A stretch of 64,000 bases of DNA from the NCBI GenBank assembly GCA_037440465.1, contig JBBIUB010000005.1:9521-73520 (forward strand), written 5' to 3'. This DNA is from Coprothermobacterota bacterium. GTDB taxonomy: Bacteria > Coprothermobacterota > HKB111. Under the pieces are notes generated by a model. It worked only from the letters and a program-made list of their open reading frames with translations. It made no database searches and had not been told where the DNA came from. The translations under genes and the position numbers were made by a program. Position 1 is the first letter of the stretch, and each line of letters opens with the position of its first letter. Positions 59,015-64,000 of this stretch are shown piece by piece.

Positions 59015-60403
59015 TTATAGCGCCACTTTCAGGATTCTGACTAACTCTTCGTCTTCATCCGACAGAACTGTTCTTAAATCAATGAGGAATCTTTCTTCTT
59101 CTACTATACCAACAAGAGGGGGCTCAGATTCTCTAAAAGTCTGGCTGAGATTATGAACACCTTCCCCACTTTTTAATTCTATTGATAGAAGAATTGTGGG
59201 TATTTTTGATGTTGGAAGAGACCCTCCTCCCACAGTAGAGAATCCCTCTTTTAAGCTCAACCTCTTCTTATTCTCCCCTATTCTATCAAGAATAATCTCC
59301 CCTCTTTTCCTGAGATCCTCCACCTTCAGGGTGAGAAGCCTAAGAACTGGGAGTTCATCAAGAACCTTATCACCAATAAAATATATTTCCAGAGTGGCTT
59401 CAAGCGATATCAGTGATATTTTATCAACCCGTAAGGCTCTGGCGAGGGGATGTTTCTTAATCTTCTCTAAATACTCCTTCTTACCAAGGATAATACCGCA
59501 CTGGGGACCTCCCAGAAGTTTATCTCCTGAGAAAGAGACCACATCTACGCCAGATTTAATACTATCTATTATAGTAGGTTCTTCTTTCAAAAGAGGGATA
59601 CCATAATCCTGTAAAAGACCACTACCCAGGTCTTCAAAGACTGCAAGGTTATAACGGTGAGCTAAATCCACCAGGTCCTTCAAGGGAACTCCCTCGGTAA
59701 AGCCCACGATACGATAGTTACTGGTGTGAACTTTCATCAGTGCAGTAGTGTTGGAAGTGATGGCTTTTTCATAGTCTGATAGCCTGGTCTTGTTTGTAGT
59801 TCCCACTTCTATCATAGATGCTCCACTTTGAGACATAACCTCGGGGACTCTAAAAGAACCTCCTATCTCCACCAGTTCACCCCTTGAAACTATGACTTCC
59901 TTACCCTTAGCTAAAGCAGACAGCATAAGAAGAACTGCTCCTGCATTGTTATTTACTACATAAGAATCTTCTGCACCCGTAAGTTTCCGAAGGAGTGATT
60001 CAACATAAGAAGTTCTCTTACCACGCTCACCTGTGGAAAGGTCAAACTCCAGGTTTGAATAATGAGAAAGAATCTCAACTACCCTGGATGTCACTTTCTT
60101 AGAAAGAATGGCTCTCCCCAGATTTGTATGGAGAATTACCCCTGTGCCGTTTATCGCCCTTTTAAGGCGGGAATTATTAAGTTTCCGTTTGACTATAGAA
60201 ATGATTTCTTCCTGCAAGATATCATTTTTTATACCTTCTTTTATTTCCTTTCTCATTTCTTCCACCACTTCTTTCACTACTTCCTTAACAAGAAGCCGGG
60301 GAAACTGGTCAAATAGGTTAGTAATCCCGTTTAAAGAAAGAATGGAATCAATGGAAGGAATAGCTCTAAAACCAGACTGAGATTCACAATTTTCTTCGTT
60401 CAT
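59015..60403 (-). CDS. selA: L-seryl-tRNA(Sec) selenium transferase
   Basis: INGTGVILHTNLGRA, SRGELVEIGGSFR, EVGTTNKT, FSGDKLLGGPQ. Start MNEENC at 60403 follows GGAGG. Confidence 0.97.
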   Translation of the reverse strand: MNEENCESQSGFRAIPSIDSILSLNGITNLFDQFPRLLVKEVVKEVVEEMRKEIKEGIKNDILQEEIISIVKRKLNNSRLKRAINGTGVILHTNLGRAILSKKVTSRVVEILSHYSNLEFDLSTGERGKRTSYVESLLRKLTGAEDSYVVNNNAGAVLLMLSALAKGKEVIVSRGELVEIGGSFRVPEVMSQSGASMIEVGTTNKTRLSDYEKAITSNTTALMKVHTSNYRIVGFTEGVPLKDLVDLAHRYNLAVFEDLGSGLLQDYGIPLLKEEPTIIDSIKSGVDVVSFSGDKLLGGPQCGIILGKKEYLEKIKKHPLARALRVDKISLISLEATLEIYFIGDKVLDELPVLRLLTLKVEDLRKRGEIILDRIGENKKRLSLKEGFSTVGGGSLPTSKIPTILLSIELKSGEGVHNLSQTFRESEPPLVGIVEEERFLIDLRTVLSDEDEELVRILKVAL

Positions 60404-60410
60404 CTTTTTT

Positions 60411-61559
60411 TTAAACCTCCAGAGATATATCCTCCAAAGCACAAGCTAATGTTTCTACTTCATCAACAGTGTTAAATGCCCCAAAACTGCATCTGATTGT
60501 TCCACCAGGGAAAGAACCCAGTGTTTTATGAGCCAGTGGGGCACAGTGAAGTCCTGCTCTTACCATAATCCCCCACTTCCTATCCAGCATCAGCATTACT
60601 GAAGAACTATCTATATCTTCAATTAAAAAAGATAATATCCCTACAGTTTTTTTAGAATCAATAGGACCATAAATTTTAATACCCTTAACACCTGAAATTC
60701 GGGAGATTAATAAATCTCTTAATTTTCTCTCATGTTCCAGAATATTTGAGGCACCTTTCTCCAGCAAAAAGTCAATACCAGCTCCCAGGGCTAAGAACCC
60801 GGAAGTATTCATTGTGCCTGACTCAAATTTATCCGGAAGAAAGGCAGGTTGGTACTCCTCTTCAGACACACTCCCCGTCCCCCCCTCAATCAAAGGCCTA
60901 AGAATTGAAGCTAACTTATTAGAAAGTATTACCCCACCTGTACCCTGAGGACCATAAAGGCTCTTATGTCCCGTAAAAGCAAAAGCATCTATCCCCCAGT
61001 TATCAATCTCTACAGGACATAGCCCTGCCATTTGAGCTCCATCAACCAGAAAGAAAACGCCATGTTTCTGAGCTAAAGCCCCTATTTCCTTTAAGGGTTG
61101 TATGGTTCCTGAAACATTGGATGTGCCCACCACAGCCAGAAGTCGTGTATTCTTCTTAAAATAATCTGGAAGTAGGTCAAGCCTTATTAAACCTTCTTTT
61201 TCGTAGGGTATTATATCAAGTTCCACACCAGTTCTTTCCAGGCCTCTCAGGGGTCTAACCACAGCATTGTGTTCCATTGAAGATATAAGAACATGGTCAT
61301 TAGGATTAAGAAGCCCTTTCAATACCATATTTATAGCGCAGGTAGCGTTATAGGTAAAAATAACTCTTAAAGGGTCATCTGCCCCTAATAGACTGGCAAG
61401 TTTAAGGCGAACGTCAAAAACTTTCTTACTTACCTCAACCGCCCACTGATATTGACCTCTTCCAGCGCTGGCTCCCATTGAAGTAAGGTGATTATTAAGA
61501 GCTACCAGAACACTCTCAGGTTTAGGGAACGAAGTAGCAGCATTATCCAGGTAAATCAT
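60411..61559 (-). CDS. Cysteine desulfurase/selenocysteine lyase-like class V aminotransferase
   Basis: YLDNAATSFPKP, EHNAV, DGAQ, TGHKSLYGP, RAGLHCAP. Confidence 0.93.
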   Translation of the reverse strand: MIYLDNAATSFPKPESVLVALNNHLTSMGASAGRGQYQWAVEVSKKVFDVRLKLASLLGADDPLRVIFTYNATCAINMVLKGLLNPNDHVLISSMEHNAVVRPLRGLERTGVELDIIPYEKEGLIRLDLLPDYFKKNTRLLAVVGTSNVSGTIQPLKEIGALAQKHGVFFLVDGAQMAGLCPVEIDNWGIDAFAFTGHKSLYGPQGTGGVILSNKLASILRPLIEGGTGSVSEEEYQPAFLPDKFESGTMNTSGFLALGAGIDFLLEKGASNILEHERKLRDLLISRISGVKGIKIYGPIDSKKTVGILSFLIEDIDSSSVMLMLDRKWGIMVRAGLHCAPLAHKTLGSFPGGTIRCSFGAFNTVDEVETLACALEDISLEV

Positions 61560-61563
61560 AAAC

Positions 61564-61809
61564 TTAACCCTCCAGAATCTTTCTTAGAGCACTATCTGAT
61601 GATATTTCTATCTCTTCTACTCCCAGGCTGCTTCCATCAAAAGCTTTGCGCACCCTGCTAATATACTTACCCTCCACCACCAGAGATACTCCACAGGAAG
61701 AATCCAGCTCTCGAGGTGTTGGCACCACCTGGCAGGGGATACCATTCTCAGATAAAAGATTGTATGCCAGCATTGATATATTGGGAGAAGGGAATTTCAG
61801 GAGAATCAA
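61564..61809 (-). CDS. DUF3343 putative Se/S carrier protein
   Basis: VPTPRELDSSCG motif within the selenium cluster. Confidence 0.85.
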   Translation of the reverse strand: MILLKFPSPNISMLAYNLLSENGIPCQVVPTPRELDSSCGVSLVVEGKYISRVRKAFDGSSLGVEEIEISSDSALRKILEG

Positions 61810-62372
61810 AGTGTTAACACGCTCCCTACCAGAAGATTTTCTGAAATCTCAAACATATTGGATACCTTTCCCACCTTCAGCTCCTTTTCCTTATCAAAAA
61901 ACTTAAGACAGGTTCCGCAGACTAGCACTTCCACTCCCTTTTCTTCCAGTTTTTTTAGAGATAATGAGGTATCTTCGTTACAGGCTAAAAGAATACCGGT
62001 ATTCATAAGGAGAATCTTCGCTGGTAGAACCCTGCCTTCAGGTAGGGTATTAAGAAAGGATTTCATAAGCAGAAGTCCCAAATCATCGTTCCCTTTGCCA
62101 ATTCTGTCAGAGGAGATGAAGATTTTAACCATCTCCTCCTCCAGGACTACCTCGCAAACTTCTCCTTTTGACTCTATCTTTATATGGTAATCTTCCCCTT
62201 CCTTGCTCCAGGTAGTGAAGGCACCTTTAGAAGAAGAAAAGCGAAGGACATTCTGTAAAGCATCTTCCCTGTCCACAATAACTTCTAACTCTTTCTCCCC
62301 CTCCTCCAAAGCTTTTTTAAGAAGAAGTAAGGGTTGGGGACAGGGTAATTTTCGGGCATCTACAATTTTCAT
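61806..62372 (-). CDS. yedF: Sulfurtransferase-like selenium metabolism protein YedF
   Basis: TusA-like VDARKLPCPQP plus DsrE-like LG..LM..F, CGTCL, VSNM. Confidence 0.92.
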   Translation of the reverse strand: MKIVDARKLPCPQPLLLLKKALEEGEKELEVIVDREDALQNVLRFSSSKGAFTTWSKEGEDYHIKIESKGEVCEVVLEEEMVKIFISSDRIGKGNDDLGLLLMKSFLNTLPEGRVLPAKILLMNTGILLACNEDTSLSLKKLEEKGVEVLVCGTCLKFFDKEKELKVGKVSNMFEISENLLVGSVLTL

Positions 62373-62412
62373 AAAAAACTGCCTCCCAGTTTAAAAAATA
62401 TAATTTCTCGGT

Positions 62413-63441
62413 TTAGATAAATACGATTTTCTCTTCGGCATCCTTTATAAAAGAGCCAATTATTTCTGCTTCCTCAAAACCATTTCTCTTTATTATTTCC
62501 AGAAGCCGTTCACCCTCAGGAAGGGGAACCGCTATCAATAATCCACCTGAGGTTTGAGGGTCAAAAAGAATAATAGGGTCAAAACCATCTTTTTTCACTT
62601 CCACCTTACCTGAAGCCCACTTCTCGTTCCGGTAAGCACCTGCAGGCATTAGACCCTCTGACATATACCTTAAAACCTCCTCAAAAACAGGTATCTTTTC
62701 AACTTCTATTTTTATTCCTAACTTGGAACCATCTACCATCCCAAGTGCGTGAACAGCAAGGCCGAAACCAGTAACATCAGTGCAGGCATGAATGCGGAAA
62801 TCTCGGTCCCTAATAATCAAAGGGAGGTTATTAAGTTTTTTCATAGATTTAGTAATCTTCTCTACTGCCTCTTTTGAAGCCATTTCAGCTTTCAGGGTTG
62901 TGGCAATTATGCCTGTTCCCAGGGGTTTTGTCAGTATAAGAACATCACCATCTTCTGCCCCCTTAATCCTCCAGAGGGAGTCCTTATTACCAAAACCCGT
63001 CACTACCATGCCGTATTTAAGTTCTTCATCTTCTACTGTATGTCCACCAGCAATTTCTACTCCTGCTTCTTCTGCTTTATCCTGCCCTCCCTTCAGGATG
63101 GAAGATAATATATCCAGAGGGAGTTTAGAACAGGGAAAACCTACAATATTTAAAGCCAGTTCAGGAAGGCATCCCATAGTATATATATCACTAATGGCAT
63201 TGGCAGCCACGATCTGGCCAAAATCGTAGGGGTCGTCAACCACAGGGGTGATGATGTCCACGGTCTGGACCATCATAAGTCCACTACCCAGCTGGTAAAG
63301 AGTAGCATCCTCCCAACCTTCCCAGTTTGCTAAAATCTTCGGATTATGGGGTATATGTAGTTTTTGCAAGACCTCACCGAGGTCCTGGGGACCCATTTTT
63401 GCAGCTCAGCCTGCAGCTTTTACTAACTCGGTTAATCGCAC
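62413..63441 (-). CDS. selD: Selenophosphate synthetase, selenocysteine-containing
   Basis: AGGAGG RBS and GTG 63441 give MRLTELVKAAG-U(TGA 63406-63408)-AAK-MGPQ, in frame with the 62413..63396 ORF. Motifs AANAISDIY, GGHT, LTKPLGTG, DVTGFGL, DPQTSGGL. Confidence 0.95.
63367..63387 (-). promoter_or_regulatory. Bacterial SECIS-like hairpin in selD
   Basis: CAGGACCTC-GGT-GAGGTCTTG 9-bp stem with a G-containing loop, starting 19 nt 3' of the UGA. Confidence 0.75.
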
Positions 63442-63473
63442 TTAAATAGCCTCCTATCTAATATAACCACTTG

Positions 63474-63482
63474 ATTATAACA
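63474..63482 (-). promoter_or_regulatory. Extended -10 promoter for the sel operon
   Basis: TGTTATAAT about 33 nt upstream of the selD GTG. Confidence 0.5.
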
Positions 63483-63560
63483 CGGATTGTTTTTCCTTCT
63501 ATTTCTATTATAGGAAAGTGCGAATTATCAAGCCTGACCCCGTTTACTAAGGATAACCCC

Positions 63561-63592
63561 CAGGAGGCAGCCTGTTACCAAATTGCCTCCTG
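63561..63592. terminator. GC-rich hairpin (putative terminator)
   Basis: CAGGAGGCA-N14-TGCCTCCTG just 3' of the 63606 ORF stop; the T-run is on the plus strand only. Confidence 0.5.
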
Positions 63593-63605
63593 CATTTTTA
63601 CTTAT

Positions 63606-63998
63606 TTATTGCTTGTAAAGGATTTTTCCAATGGTTCTTATGATGGGGATTTTCGCAATGGCGCTTAAGATGTAGCCGGCAAAACACCCAAGGATTACAC
63701 TTAGGAGATGTACAAGTATTATAAATATTATACGTATTGATTCTACTGGGCTATATAATAATAATCCAGATGGATCTACTAAGTAGTAAAGTAATAATGC
63801 CCAGGTAATCGGTAGTATAGCAAGTAGATAGGTCATTGCATAACCCATCTCATGCCCGATAGATTCCCTTACTGAACCAATAGAAAGCACCGGTGAACTC
63901 AGTAAAGCCCAAATTGCACCTAAGATGACCCACCATTTTGCTTCCTTCCAGGTTGGCAGGTATTTCCAGATGTTGAAATGTTGTTTATTTTGTTCCAT
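63606..63998 (-). CDS. Hypothetical membrane protein (about 3 TM)
   Basis: 130 aa hydrophobic ORF at the window edge; the start may lie further upstream. Confidence 0.6.
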   Translation of the reverse strand: MEQNKQHFNIWKYLPTWKEAKWWVILGAIWALLSSPVLSIGSVRESIGHEMGYAMTYLLAILPITWALLLYYLVDPSGLLLYSPVESIRIIFIILVHLLSVILGCFAGYILSAIAKIPIIRTIGKILYKQ

Positions 63999-64000
63999 AG

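Noticed and set aside
56382..63600. selC (tRNA-Sec) or additional selenoproteins in the cluster
   Set aside because: No tRNA-like sequence in the spacers; YedF, DUF3343 and the flavoprotein have Cys motifs and uninterrupted frames.
63471..63668. 65-aa plus-strand ORF
   Set aside because: It crosses the selD promoter, a hairpin and the end of an opposite-strand gene, with no RBS or motif.

Overview
AT-rich bacterial chromosome segment made almost entirely of housekeeping genes in Firmicutes-like order, with several archaeal-type enzymes. It probably comes from an anaerobe; the taxon cannot be fixed from sequence alone. In order it holds: the start of a V/A-type ATPase operon headed by tRNA-Ile and tRNA-Ala; ftsK; tRNA-Leu-murC; a methyltransferase-murF-murD unit; topB; peptidases; an SH3 + SpoIID pair; tldD/tldE; rpsT; a ~16.7 kb minus-strand run from rimP to ymdB; tRNA-Pro and tRNA-Arg; archaeal-type SAM synthetase; gyrB-gyrA-archease-rtcB; hppA-grdX; and a selenocysteine cluster (selD with in-frame UGA and SECIS-like hairpin, yedF, DUF3343, cysteine desulfurase, selA, selB). 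No prophage, integrase, transposase or CRISPR array was seen. The most unusual signals are: (1) three intergenic inverted arrays of phased 8-mers, two with 16-nt linkers and one with a nested inverted 7-mer array; (2) a GyrA lacking the GyrA-box; (3) MurC and MurD with altered signature motifs; (4) a 285-nt antisense overlap giving TopB a Lys-rich tail; (5) the tRNA-Ile/Ala pair outside an rRNA operon, directly ahead of the ATPase genes; (6) a Rex-like operator at hppA; (7) several REP-like palindrome types. All calls come from motif recognition by eye; no searches were run.
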